From NCBI GenBank assembly GCA_035248345.1, contig DATFHO010000030.1:6116-70115 (forward strand): 64,000 nt of DNA. Direction: 5' to 3'. The position numbers and the translations under genes were made by a program. This document shows positions 43,203 through 52,395 of the stretch, piece after piece; positions within the stretch are counted from its first letter, which is position 1, and every line of letters starts with the position of its first letter. Source of the stretch: Candidatus Limnocylindrales bacterium. GTDB lineage: Bacteria > Chloroflexota > Limnocylindria > Limnocylindrales > CSP1-4. The notes beneath the pieces were generated by a model. It ran no database searches. It was not told the DNA's origin and saw only the letters and a list, made by a program, of their open reading frames with translations.

Positions 43203-45458
43203 ATGAGCCGGTTCGAGCGCCTCGGTCGATGGTGCGCCGAACGGAAGTGGCTGGTCGTCATCGCCTGGGCGGTGCTCGTCGTGGGGGCCATCCCATTCGC
43301 GCTCCAGGCGCCCGGCGCGCTGAGCGCGGGCGGGTTCATCCGCGAGGATCTCGAATCGGCGCAGGCGAAGGCGCTGCTCGAGAAGGAGATCGGGGTCTCG
43401 CAGGCCGCCGTGGTCGTGGTCTTCCACTCGGACACGCTCAAGGCCGGCGAGCCGGCGTTCGAAGCGGGCGCGGCGGCGGCGATCGCCGACGTGCCGAAGG
43501 CGCCCTACGTGTTCCGCGTCCTGGCGCATGTCCTTTCGACGCGCCAGGTTTCGCCGGATGGGCACACCGCCTACGACATCGTGCTGCTCGACCTGCCCGC
43601 CGACGACTCGCCGAAGGCACTCCCGGGCCTGCGCGCGGCGCTCCACGACGCGCCCGGCCTCGAGGTCGGGCTGTCCGGTGGCCCAGCGTTCTACGGCGAC
43701 GTCCAGGAGGTCTCCGAATCCGACCTGCGACGCAGCGAGATCATCTCGTTGCCCCTTGCGGCGCTCGCACTGCTGCTCGTCTTCGGGTCGGTCGTGGCGG
43801 CGGGCGTTCCGCTCGTGGTCGGTGGCGCCGCCGTCGTGATCGCGCTTGCCGCGATCTTCTTCGTCGCGCAGGTCACCTCGATGAGCATCTTCGTGCTCAA
43901 CCTCGCGACGTTGCTGGGCCTGGGGCTCGGCGTGGACTACTCACTGCTCATGACGAGCCGGTTTCGCGAGGAGCTCGCGGCGCGCGATGGCGAGGACGAC
44001 GCGGTCGTCGACGCGGTGGGTGCAACGGCCAGGACGGCCGGCCGCGCGGTCTACTTCTCCGGCGTGACCGTGCTGCTGGGCCTGCTGGGCCTCGTGCTCT
44101 TCGGGTTCATGATCCTGCGCTCGGTCGGGATTGCGGGCGCCGTGGTCGTGGCGTTGGCGGTTGCCGCGGCGATGACGCTCCTGCCCGCGGTCCTCGCGCT
44201 CGTGGGCACGCACCTGGAGCGCTTCCGGATCCGGCGCGTGCACCCGCGTCCCGACGCGGAAGGCCCGTGGTCGCGGCTCGCGTGGTGGGTCATGCGCCGG
44301 CCGGTCGCAGTGCTCGTCCCCACGCTCGGGCTGCTCCTCGTGCTCGGAACGCCGTTCCTGCACGTCAGGTTCAACGCCCCCGACGCGCGGATCCTCCCGG
44401 AGGACGCGCCCTCTCGCGCCGCCTTCGACCGCCTGGCGGCGGACTTCGGGCCGGGGCCGTTCGCGCCGATCGTGCTGGCGATCCGCACCGCCGGGAACGC
44501 GATCGACCCGGGCAACATCGGCGAGCTGTACGACTACTCGCGCCGGCTCGCGGCCGATCCGCGCATCGAGCGCGTCGACAGCCTCGTCGACGTCGACCCG
44601 CGCATCACCGCGGCGCAGTACGAGCTGATGTACCAGGCGACCGGCGGGCCACCGGATCGCTACACCGCCGAGATCCTCGCCGCGACGACGCGCGCGGACC
44701 TCACCGCGTTCACGATCTACACGCCGTACGCCCCGAACGACCAGGTCGCGCGTGACCTCGTGGGCGACCTCCGCTCCAGGACCGGTGCGCTCGCGCCGCC
44801 TCCCGGCATGACGGTGCTCGTCGGTGGAGGCGCGGCCGATGTCGAGGACGTCGTCACCGGGATCGCCGCGGAGTTCCCGCGAACGGCCGTCTTCATCCTG
44901 GTTTGGACGTACATCGTGCTGCTGCTCCTGCTTCGCTCGCTCCTGCTGCCGCTCAAGGCGCTGGCGATGAACGCGCTGTCGATCGCGGCGTCGTTCGGTG
45001 CGCTGGTCTGGATCTTCCAGGATGGCAACCTGTCCGCCCTGCTCGCGACACGGCCGCTCGGGTTCGTCGAGACCACGCAGCCCGTGATCCTGTTCTGCGT
45101 GCTTTTCGGGCTGTCGATGGACTACGAGGTGTTCCTGCTGACGCGCATGCGCGAGACGTGGGAAGCGACAGGCGACAACCCGACGGCCGTGGCGACGGGA
45201 CTGGAGCGCTCCGGCCGGATCGTGACCTCCGCGGCGCTCATCGTGATCGTCGTTGCCGGGTCGTTCGCCTTCGCCGACATCGTGCTCATCAAGGCGCTCG
45301 GGGTCGGGATCGCGATCGCCGTGGCCCTCGACGCGACGGTGGTGCGCGCGCTGCTCGTGCCGGCGACGATGCGGCTGCTCGGGCGCTGGAACTGGTGGCT
45401 GCCCGGCATCATCGGCCGGCGGTTGCCGGAGCTCATCGAGCCGGAGTCGATGTCATGA
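43203..45458 (+). CDS. MMPL-family (RND superfamily) transporter (751 aa)
   Basis: MSRFERLGRWCAERKWLVVIAWAVLVV... It has two 6-TM bundles, each followed or preceded by a periplasmic porter domain, and an SSD-like segment GVDYSLLMTSRFREEL / GLSMDYEVFLLTRMRE. Confidence 0.85.
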   Translation: MSRFERLGRWCAERKWLVVIAWAVLVVGAIPFALQAPGALSAGGFIREDLESAQAKALLEKEIGVSQAAVVVVFHSDTLKAGEPAFEAGAAAAIADVPKAPYVFRVLAHVLSTRQVSPDGHTAYDIVLLDLPADDSPKALPGLRAALHDAPGLEVGLSGGPAFYGDVQEVSESDLRRSEIISLPLAALALLLVFGSVVAAGVPLVVGGAAVVIALAAIFFVAQVTSMSIFVLNLATLLGLGLGVDYSLLMTSRFREELAARDGEDDAVVDAVGATARTAGRAVYFSGVTVLLGLLGLVLFGFMILRSVGIAGAVVVALAVAAAMTLLPAVLALVGTHLERFRIRRVHPRPDAEGPWSRLAWWVMRRPVAVLVPTLGLLLVLGTPFLHVRFNAPDARILPEDAPSRAAFDRLAADFGPGPFAPIVLAIRTAGNAIDPGNIGELYDYSRRLAADPRIERVDSLVDVDPRITAAQYELMYQATGGPPDRYTAEILAATTRADLTAFTIYTPYAPNDQVARDLVGDLRSRTGALAPPPGMTVLVGGGAADVEDVVTGIAAEFPRTAVFILVWTYIVLLLLLRSLLLPLKALAMNALSIAASFGALVWIFQDGNLSALLATRPLGFVETTQPVILFCVLFGLSMDYEVFLLTRMRETWEATGDNPTAVATGLERSGRIVTSAALIVIVVAGSFAFADIVLIKALGVGIAIAVALDATVVRALLVPATMRLLGRWNWWLPGIIGRRLPELIEPESMS

Positions 45459-46711
45459 GGCGGCTGCTGGCGCTGGTGGCCATCGCGGCGCTCGCGAGCG
45501 GCTGCGGCGGCGAGCCCATCCTCGCGAACGAGCCACTCACCTTCCCGACGCCGCCCGTCCCGACCGAGGCACCGAGCCGACCGCCGGACCCGATCCCGGT
45601 CGAGCTGCCGCGAGACGACGGTCCGCACGATCGACTGACCGAGTGGTGGTACTACACCGGCCACCTCTCGACGCACGGGCAGGGCGCCAGGCAGACGTTC
45701 GGCTTCGAGGCGGTCATATTCCGCGCGGAGCGCGGCGGCGTCCCGGTTGCGTGGGCGTCGCACCTGGCGCTCACCGACGAGAACGGCCAGCGGTTCACGT
45801 ACGCCCAGCGCACTGGGATCGGGCCGCAGGTGGACCGATCGCCGCGGGGTCCCGACGGGCAACCGACAGGTTTCGACCTCAACATCGCGGGGTTGAACCC
45901 CGACCTCGTCGCTGCTGGGGCGGCGCCCGTTGCCACGAACCCCTGGCGCCTTGCCGGCTCCGACGGCACGGACCACATCGAGGCGGCGCTCTCGCCCGAG
46001 GAGGCCGAGGCATCCGGGCGCACGTTCGGGCTGTCGCTCGACCTCAAGTCGACCAAGCCGCCCGCGCTCCATGACCACGACGGGTTCGTGGACTTCTCGG
46101 ATGCCGGCAGCTCCTATTACTACTCGAGAACGCGCCTCGCGGCGACCGGCACGCTGACGGTCGACGGCCACGAGATGGCGGTCGATGGCATCGCGTGGTT
46201 CGACCACCAGTGGGGCGACTTCGTCTCGGTGGGTTCGGGCGGCTGGAACTGGTTCGCGATCAACCTCGATGACGGCACGGACATCACGATCTCGCAGATC
46301 GTCGACAGCTACGCGTCCGTGATCCATGCCTACGGCACGCGCGTCGCTCCGGACGGGACCGTCACCTACATCGGCGAAGAGCAGCTCGTCAGCGTCACGA
46401 GCCTCGGCGGCGGCTTCTACCAGTGGACGAGCCCGAGGACTGCGCGAACATGGGCGACCGACTGGATCGTCCCGATCCAACACGACAGCCCGGAATTCAT
46501 CCAGGACATCCTCGAGGTGAAGGCAACGCTGCCGAGCCAGGAGCTCGACACCCGCGCGACGACCGGCGTCGTGTACTGGGAGGGCTCGGCGACCGTGGCC
46601 GGCGCCTTCGATGTCGGGATCGACCAGCTGACCGGCCTGCCGACGGACGGCACCCGGGTCACCGGCGACGCGTACGTCGAGATGACGAGGTACGACGCCG
46701 TCTCGAACTGA
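45455..46711 (+). CDS. AttH/CrtC-like (lipocalin-type) lipoprotein (418 aa)
   Basis: ATGA overlap with the MMPL stop and a lipobox LASGC. LPRDDGPHDRLTEWWYYTGHL and YYYSRTRL...GIAWFDHQWG match the AttH/hydroxyneurosporene-synthase-like domain from memory. Confidence 0.65.
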   Translation: MRRLLALVAIAALASGCGGEPILANEPLTFPTPPVPTEAPSRPPDPIPVELPRDDGPHDRLTEWWYYTGHLSTHGQGARQTFGFEAVIFRAERGGVPVAWASHLALTDENGQRFTYAQRTGIGPQVDRSPRGPDGQPTGFDLNIAGLNPDLVAAGAAPVATNPWRLAGSDGTDHIEAALSPEEAEASGRTFGLSLDLKSTKPPALHDHDGFVDFSDAGSSYYYSRTRLAATGTLTVDGHEMAVDGIAWFDHQWGDFVSVGSGGWNWFAINLDDGTDITISQIVDSYASVIHAYGTRVAPDGTVTYIGEEQLVSVTSLGGGFYQWTSPRTARTWATDWIVPIQHDSPEFIQDILEVKATLPSQELDTRATTGVVYWEGSATVAGAFDVGIDQLTGLPTDGTRVTGDAYVEMTRYDAVSN

Positions 46712-46721
46712 GGCGGTCGGT

Positions 46722-46738
46722 GGGCCGTTCGGCCCTTT
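46722..46738 (+). terminator. Short GC hairpin GGGCC-GTTC-GGCCC followed by TTT
   Basis: It lies 11 nt after the AttH-like stop. The stem is only 5 bp. Confidence 0.35.
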
Positions 46739-46770
46739 CGTCGAGCTGCCAGCGCGGCGAGGCTCCAGGC

Positions 46771-47223
46771 ATGCGCGTGAGCCTGTCCCTCCGGGGTGAC
46801 TATGCGGTTCGGGCGATGCTCGCCCTGGCCGAGCACGAGCGCGAACCGAAGGCTGGCGATGGCCTGGCGAATGGCAACCTCCTGAGCGCCGCGGCGATCG
46901 CCGCGCACATGCGCATCCCGCCTCGGTTCGTGGCGCACGTCCTGGCGGACCTCGTTCGGGCCGATCTCGTGGTCGGGAGCACGGGTCGCCACGGCGGGTA
47001 CCGCCTCGCCCGGTCGGCGGCCGCAATCGACATGCTCGGCATCGTCGACGCCGTCGAGCGTTCCAGCGAACCCGCGCGCTGCATCCTGCGCGGCATCCCG
47101 TGCGAACCGGCCGGCAGGTGCGCGGCCCACGACGCGTTCGGGGCCGCGACCGCGGCGGTCCGTGGCGAGCTCGCGCGCACGTCGCTCGCATCCCTTACGA
47201 ACCCGCGCAGCCGCCCGGCCTGA
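46771..47223 (+). CDS. Rrf2-family regulator with three-Cys cluster-binding motif (NsrR/IscR-like)
   Basis: MRVSLSLRGDYAVRAMLALA Rrf2 N-terminus. The C-terminal CILRGIPCEPAGRC gives Cys spacing x6/x5. It lies directly upstream of nirK. Confidence 0.8.
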   Translation: MRVSLSLRGDYAVRAMLALAEHEREPKAGDGLANGNLLSAAAIAAHMRIPPRFVAHVLADLVRADLVVGSTGRHGGYRLARSAAAIDMLGIVDAVERSSEPARCILRGIPCEPAGRCAAHDAFGAATAAVRGELARTSLASLTNPRSRPA

Positions 47224-47367
47224 ACGGGTCGGGACATTCGGCCCGTCGCGGCAGTCCGCGCGGCACGTCCAGCGCGGCGATCCCGGCGGTATTCATAGCG
47301 CTGGACTACGAGTTTTCCTCGTCAGCATCGGTAGCGTCGCTGACCCGCGGCGCGCAGGAGGCAGATC

Positions 47368-48762
47368 GTGAACCGGCTCAAGGCACTTCCCCTCGCGCTC
47401 GTCGTTGTGGCCGCGGCATGCACGCCGAGTGCCGCCGCGCCGCAGTGGACGTTCACCCCGGCCGTGCCCGCGGTTGCCGTCACGACGGCGCCCCCGGATG
47501 GCGGCAACGGTGGAACGGGCGGGACCGGCTCCGGCGAGGTCGTCGGCACCATCGAGCTCGACGCGATCGACATCGCCTACGAGCACCCGCACGTGATGGT
47601 CGCGAAGCCGGGCGTCTACGAGGTCAAGTTCATCAACAAGGGCCAGGTGGGCCACGACGTGACCTTCGCCGACGGGACCCAGCTCGTGGCCGCCGCGGGC
47701 GAGACGAAGACCGGCACGGTCACCGTGCCTGCAGCGGGGATCAGCTTCAAGTGCTCGATCCCGGGCCACGCCGACGCCGGCATGCACGGCGAGATCATGG
47801 TCGAGGGCGCTCCGGCGGCCTCCGCCAACCCGGATGACCACGGCGGCCCCGCGCCCGCCACGGACGTCGCTGCCGACCCGAATGCGCCGCCGTACACCCT
47901 CTACCCGGCCGAGGCGCCCGCGCTCCTGCCGGGCACGACGCACGACATCGACCTCGTCATCGAGGAGAAGGACATGACGGTCGCGGCCGGCTTCGTCCAG
48001 CACGTCTGGACGTTCAACGGCACGGTCCCGGGCCCGGTGATCCGGGTCAAGGTCGGCGACACCGTCCGGATCCACCTCAAGAACCCCGCCACCAGCACGC
48101 TGTCGCACTCGATCGACTTCCACGCCAGCCAGGTCGCCTGGAACGACGAGATGACCTCGATCGCCCCGGGCGAGGAGAAGGTCTACGAGTGGCACGCCGA
48201 CTACGCAGGCGTGTGGATGTACCACTGCGGCACCGCGCCGGCGCTTCATCACATCGCCAATGGCATGTACGGCATGGTGATCGTCGAGCCGAAGGCCGGC
48301 CTGCCGAAGGTCGACCACGAGTTCGCGATCGTCCAGAGCGAGTGGTACCTCGGTCCGCAGGGCGAGCCGGTCTCCCTGTCGAAGGCCTCGACGGGCAATC
48401 CCGCTCCCGACTTCGTGGTGTTCAACGGCGTCGCCAACCAGTACAAGGACCACCCGATGCAGGTCGGGACGGGCAGCCGGGTGCGCGTGTTCGTGCTCGA
48501 CGCCGGACCGAACATCGACAGCTCGTTCCACGTCGTGGGCACGATCTTCTCCTCGGTGATCAAGGAGGGGATCCACCTCAGCGTCGGGAACAGCGGCAAC
48601 TGGGGCTCGCAGGCGGTCGGCCTCTCGCCCGCCCAGGGCGCGATCGTCGAGTTCGTGATGCCCGAGGACGGCCTCTACCCGATGGTCACCCACGCATTCA
48701 ACTTCGTCGGACGCGGAGCGCTCGGCCTGTTCCAGGCCGGCGACGGCGACCCGAAGAACTGA
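47368..48762 (+). CDS. nirK: Copper-containing nitrite reductase with N-terminal fused cupredoxin domain, lipoprotein (464 aa)
   Basis: AGGAGG RBS, GTG start and lipobox VVAAAC. The extra type-1 Cu domain has VGHDVTF...KCSIPGHADAGMHG. The NirK core has HSIDFHAS, YHCGTAPALHHIANGMYG and SSFHVVGTIF. Confidence 0.9.
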   Translation: MNRLKALPLALVVVAAACTPSAAAPQWTFTPAVPAVAVTTAPPDGGNGGTGGTGSGEVVGTIELDAIDIAYEHPHVMVAKPGVYEVKFINKGQVGHDVTFADGTQLVAAAGETKTGTVTVPAAGISFKCSIPGHADAGMHGEIMVEGAPAASANPDDHGGPAPATDVAADPNAPPYTLYPAEAPALLPGTTHDIDLVIEEKDMTVAAGFVQHVWTFNGTVPGPVIRVKVGDTVRIHLKNPATSTLSHSIDFHASQVAWNDEMTSIAPGEEKVYEWHADYAGVWMYHCGTAPALHHIANGMYGMVIVEPKAGLPKVDHEFAIVQSEWYLGPQGEPVSLSKASTGNPAPDFVVFNGVANQYKDHPMQVGTGSRVRVFVLDAGPNIDSSFHVVGTIFSSVIKEGIHLSVGNSGNWGSQAVGLSPAQGAIVEFVMPEDGLYPMVTHAFNFVGRGALGLFQAGDGDPKN

Positions 48763-48785
48763 CGGCTCCCCCGCTCCGTCAGTAA

Positions 48786-48814
48786 GCGGCGCCCGCCCCT
48801 TCGGCGGGCGCCGC
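48786..48814 (+). terminator. 12-bp GC stem-loop (GCGGCGCCCGCC-CCTTC-GGCGGGCGCCGC) after nirK
   Basis: A perfect inverted repeat 24 nt after the nirK stop, followed by GCCCTTTCC (weak U-tract). The next ATG is only 21 nt downstream. Confidence 0.5.
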
Positions 48815-48834
48815 GCCCTTTCCGTGGTGAATCA

Positions 48835-50118
48835 ATGACGACGTCCCGCATCCTCCATGCCTTGCCGGTCCTCGAGACCGAGCCTGCCCGCCGTGGCCCG
48901 GACCGCGCCACCGACCGCCGGGTGGCCTTCGCCGGCCTCGCCCTCGCGCTTGCATTCCTCGCGCTCGCCGTCGCGTCACTGGCCGTACCCGCCGATTCGC
49001 GGCTCGGCCTGTGGCTGCCGGTCCATCTCGCGCTCGCCGGCGCGGCCGGCACGGCCATCGCGGCGATGCTGCCCTTCTTCGTTGCCGCGCTGTCCGTCGG
49101 CCGCCCGGCACCCGCCGTCCTCCGGATCGCCAGTCTCGTGCTCGTGGTCGGTGGAGCGGTGCTCGGCATCGCCGGCCGGATCCTCGCTGGCGGCGGGATC
49201 TCGACGCTGGCGGCGGCCGGCGCTGCGTCCTACGTCGTCGGCATCGCGCTCGTCGGTATCGCGGCGGCGCTGCCGCTTCGAGGTGCGACGGGCACGCGGC
49301 GGCCGCTGACGGAGAGTGCCTACGCGGTCGGGCTCGTCGACATCGTGGTCGGCGTGACGATCGTCGCGCTGTATCTCGCCGGCGATCCGAGGGTCGCCGG
49401 CGCGTGGCCGCATCTCCGCATCGTGCATGCGTGGCTCAACCTGATGGGGTTCGTCACGCTGGTGATCGCCGGCACCCTGGTGCACTTCGCCCCGACGGTG
49501 GTCGGCTCCCGGATCCGGCGCCGGAGATCCGCCACGGTCGCGGTGGCGCTGCTCGCGGTCGGGGCGCCGGTGGTTGCGTTCGGCTACGTGGTGGGCTCCG
49601 GCGTGGTTGCCGGCATCGGCGCGCTCGTCGCGGTAGCCGGCGCCGGCGCGCTGGCCCTCCACGGCGCGCACGCGTATCGGGACCGCGCCGGGTGGACGAC
49701 GGACCTGCCGTGGCACCGCTTCGCGGGTGGCTCATTGCTCGTGGCACCCGTGTGGCTCGTGGTCGCGCTGCTCGTGGCGGCGGCCGAGATCGCGGCGCAC
49801 GGGACGGAGCCAGTGAGCTGGCGCCTCGCGGATCTCGTCGGACCGCTCGTCCTCGGGTTCGTGGTCCAGGTCGTGCTCGGGTCCGTGACCCATCTCGTCC
49901 CCGCGGTCGGCCCCGGAACGCTCGCAACGCACGCGCGCCAGCGCAGCCTGCTTGGCCGCGCCGCGACAGGGCGGCTGCTCGGCTGGAACCTGGGCGTGGC
50001 GGTGTTGACCGCCGGGCAGCTCGGCGGCGTCGGTCAGATCACGGTCGCGGGGAGCGTGATCGTGCTCGCCTCGGGGGTCGCGACGTTGGCGGTCCTCGGC
50101 GCGTCCTTGCGCCGCTGA
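48835..50118 (+). CDS. Polytopic (about 12 TM) His-containing membrane protein, distantly NnrS-like (tentative)
   Basis: HAWLNLMGFVTLVIAGTLVHFAPTVVG resembles from memory the NnrS HAHEMLFGY..AVIAGFLLTAIPNWTG segment. Further membrane-embedded His residues occur in PVHLALAG and GSVTHLVP. It is genomically linked to nirK. Confidence 0.45.
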   Translation: MTTSRILHALPVLETEPARRGPDRATDRRVAFAGLALALAFLALAVASLAVPADSRLGLWLPVHLALAGAAGTAIAAMLPFFVAALSVGRPAPAVLRIASLVLVVGGAVLGIAGRILAGGGISTLAAAGAASYVVGIALVGIAAALPLRGATGTRRPLTESAYAVGLVDIVVGVTIVALYLAGDPRVAGAWPHLRIVHAWLNLMGFVTLVIAGTLVHFAPTVVGSRIRRRRSATVAVALLAVGAPVVAFGYVVGSGVVAGIGALVAVAGAGALALHGAHAYRDRAGWTTDLPWHRFAGGSLLVAPVWLVVALLVAAAEIAAHGTEPVSWRLADLVGPLVLGFVVQVVLGSVTHLVPAVGPGTLATHARQRSLLGRAATGRLLGWNLGVAVLTAGQLGGVGQITVAGSVIVLASGVATLAVLGASLRR

Positions 50119-50132
50119 AAGACCCGGGCGGG

Positions 50133-50603
50133 CTAGGAGCCGTCCGGAACGATGGTCGGCGACCCGCGCATCCACACGATGAGCGCGATGACGAACCGGG
50201 CGATCAGCGACAGCCCGTAGCTCGTGCACCAGATGCACACCGCGCCGATCACGAAGACCTGCAGGTACAGGAAGTAAACCTCGAAGATCACACCCGCCAG
50301 CGAAAGCCCGTAATGGGCGAGCAGCAGCGCGTACAGATCCGTCTTCCACCACGCCAGCGCGAGCGTGAGGAGCACGAGCGACAGCCCGACACCGAACACC
50401 GCGACCGGGATGCCCGCAATCCGCGAGTACTCGCTGCGGGCCACCTCCTCGCAGCCGTGGATCGGCCCGCACACCGGCACGCCGCCGGAGAGCTCGACGG
50501 CCGAGAGGTACACCGCGATGCCGAGCCCGATGACGTCGAGCACGGCGAGGATCAACCCGGGATGGACGCCCAGGATCGGGCGAACCTGCGAACGGCGCCT
50601 CAC
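50133..50603 (-). CDS. Vitamin K epoxide reductase (VKOR) family protein (156 aa)
   Basis: Loop cysteines VCGPIHGC and a TM CxxC, AVCIWC. The GTG overlaps the DsbA stop (GTGA). Confidence 0.8.
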   Translation of the reverse strand: MRRRSQVRPILGVHPGLILAVLDVIGLGIAVYLSAVELSGGVPVCGPIHGCEEVARSEYSRIAGIPVAVFGVGLSLVLLTLALAWWKTDLYALLLAHYGLSLAGVIFEVYFLYLQVFVIGAVCIWCTSYGLSLIARFVIALIVWMRGSPTIVPDGS

Positions 50604-51457
50604 GACGCGGGCGGCGGCGTGACGGATGTCGAGGGTGCGGCGGAGCTCGGAGCGGACGTGGCCGGTGCGGCGCTCGCGGCGAGCTGGCGGATGAGGCCCG
50701 CGAGCTTCGCGTAGTCCGGCACGCCGACCATCGACTGCCCGTTCACGACGAGCGTGGGCGTCGAGTTGACCCCGGCCGCAACGGCCGTTTGCGTCGCGGC
50801 GGTCACCGCCGAGCGCAGATCCGCCCGCCCGATGCACGAAGACCAGGCCGTCATGTCGACCTCGGCCGCCGTCGCCACCTTCGCGATGAACTCCGCGTTG
50901 TGATCGCCCTTGTTCTCGCGGCCCTGGTTCCAGAACACGAGATCGTGGAACTGCCAGTACCGATCCTGTTCGGCGGCACACGCGGCGCCGACGGCGAGCT
51001 CGAGCGATTCGTTCGGCGAGCCCTTGCCCAGGATGTCGATATCGCGGGCCTCGATGCGGAGCGTGCCGGGCGTGACGAAGTCGTTCATGAGGCTCGGGAG
51101 CTGATTGGTGACGAACATCCGGCACGCGGGGCACTGGAAGTCGGCATAGACCTGCATGACCACCGGCGCCGTCGCCGAGCCGAGGACGTCACCGTCGACC
51201 AGGGCTGCCGGATACGTGGTCGGAGGCTCGGTCAGCGTGTCTCCGTTCGCCGCGGCGGGCGGCCGCGCGAACGCGATGATGGCGACCCCGATCAACACCG
51301 CCGCGACCGTCACGATGACGGCGGGCGACTGCCAGGCAGGTCGGCTCGGGCGGTTGACCGCGCGCCGCTCGCGCGACGAGGGTGCGTCGTAGCGCGCCTG
51401 GGCGCGGCGCTCGCGGCGGCTCATAGGCTGTGCTGGGCGCTTCGAAGAGGAACTCAT
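50600..51457 (-). CDS. DsbA-family thiol:disulfide oxidoreductase, membrane-anchored
   Basis: An N-terminal TM helix, the active site FQCPACRMF, a thioredoxin fold and a Pro/Ser/Ala-rich tail. Confidence 0.8.
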   Translation of the reverse strand: MSSSSKRPAQPMSRRERRAQARYDAPSSRERRAVNRPSRPAWQSPAVIVTVAAVLIGVAIIAFARPPAAANGDTLTEPPTTYPAALVDGDVLGSATAPVVMQVYADFQCPACRMFVTNQLPSLMNDFVTPGTLRIEARDIDILGKGSPNESLELAVGAACAAEQDRYWQFHDLVFWNQGRENKGDHNAEFIAKVATAAEVDMTAWSSCIGRADLRSAVTAATQTAVAAGVNSTPTLVVNGQSMVGVPDYAKLAGLIRQLAASAAPATSAPSSAAPSTSVTPPPAS

Positions 51458-51621
51458 GTTCCCGAGGATCGAGGGCGGACCTTGCAGCCCACAGTGCCGA
51501 ACGTCCCGACCGCGGGAGGACCATCAGCCGGGCGCCGATTCCCTGCATGGGCGATGGCGGTTGAAACCTTCCGGGCATTCACTGCCTCAACAGGTCGTCG
51601 TCGCCTCGCAGAGAGTCGGGC

Positions 51622-52395
51622 ATGGTCGCTGCACGAAGCTCCACCGCCACCACGACGGGTGATCCCCGTGCCTCGGGCCGCCCACCCGTCCCGCCGCGCC
51701 CGGCCGCGTCCGCGCGGCCGCGCTCCAGCCGGCTCGGGATGCCGGCCCTCGTCGCGCTGGGTGCGGTCGCGGCACTCGCGATCGTGTTCGCGACCGATCA
51801 GGTCCTCCCGCCGACGTCGGCCCACCAGGCGCAGCTCCGCGTCTGGCTCGGCAGTCGCGCCGCGGGGCTCGTCGCGTTGCTGCTCCTCACGTTCGAGGTC
51901 GTCCTCGGGCTCATCCTGAGCCATCCCACCAACAAGTCCACCTGGCGGCTGTCGAAGCTGCTCTTCCCGTGGCATGAGCACGCATGGGTCTTCACGCTCT
52001 CGTTCGTGATCGTCCACGGGGTGACCATGGCGATCGACCAGTTCGCGAACGTCGGCTGGGTCGGCGCGCTGATCCCCGGAATGTCCCAGTTCCGGACCGT
52101 TCCGGTCGCGCTCGGCACGATCGCTCTGTACGCCCTGCTGATCACCGGGCTGACCGCCCGGTTCACTCGGCTGCTGCCTGCCGGCTGGTGGCTGAAGCTC
52201 CATCGACTGAGCCTCGGCGTGCTCGCACTCGCCTGGACCCACGGCATCCTCGCCGGCACCGACACCTTCGATGCGGCACTCGTCTACGGCGGCACGTTCG
52301 TCGCCGTGGCGTTCGCCGCCGCCTACCGCTATTGGATCGTCCGCTCCGGACGACCGACGTTCGCCACCTCATTGCCACAGGGGGATCGCACATGA
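51622..52395 (+). CDS. Ferric-reductase-like / MsrQ-like di-heme transmembrane protein
   Basis: 6 TM helices with two His pairs on helices (WHEHAWVFTLSFVIVHG; LHRLSLGVLALAWTHG). The start is uncertain, with an alternative at MPALVAL, 51739. Confidence 0.7.
   Translation: MVAARSSTATTTGDPRASGRPPVPPRPAASARPRSSRLGMPALVALGAVAALAIVFATDQVLPPTSAHQAQLRVWLGSRAAGLVALLLLTFEVVLGLILSHPTNKSTWRLSKLLFPWHEHAWVFTLSFVIVHGVTMAIDQFANVGWVGALIPGMSQFRTVPVALGTIALYALLITGLTARFTRLLPAGWWLKLHRLSLGVLALAWTHGILAGTDTFDAALVYGGTFVAVAFAAAYRYWIVRSGRPTFATSLPQGDRT

Noticed and set aside
47224-47367. Rrf2/NsrR operator between the regulator and nirK
   Set aside because: I found only weak, imperfect dyads (for example GTATTC...GACTAC around the AGCGCT core), which are not good enough to call a site without a motif model.
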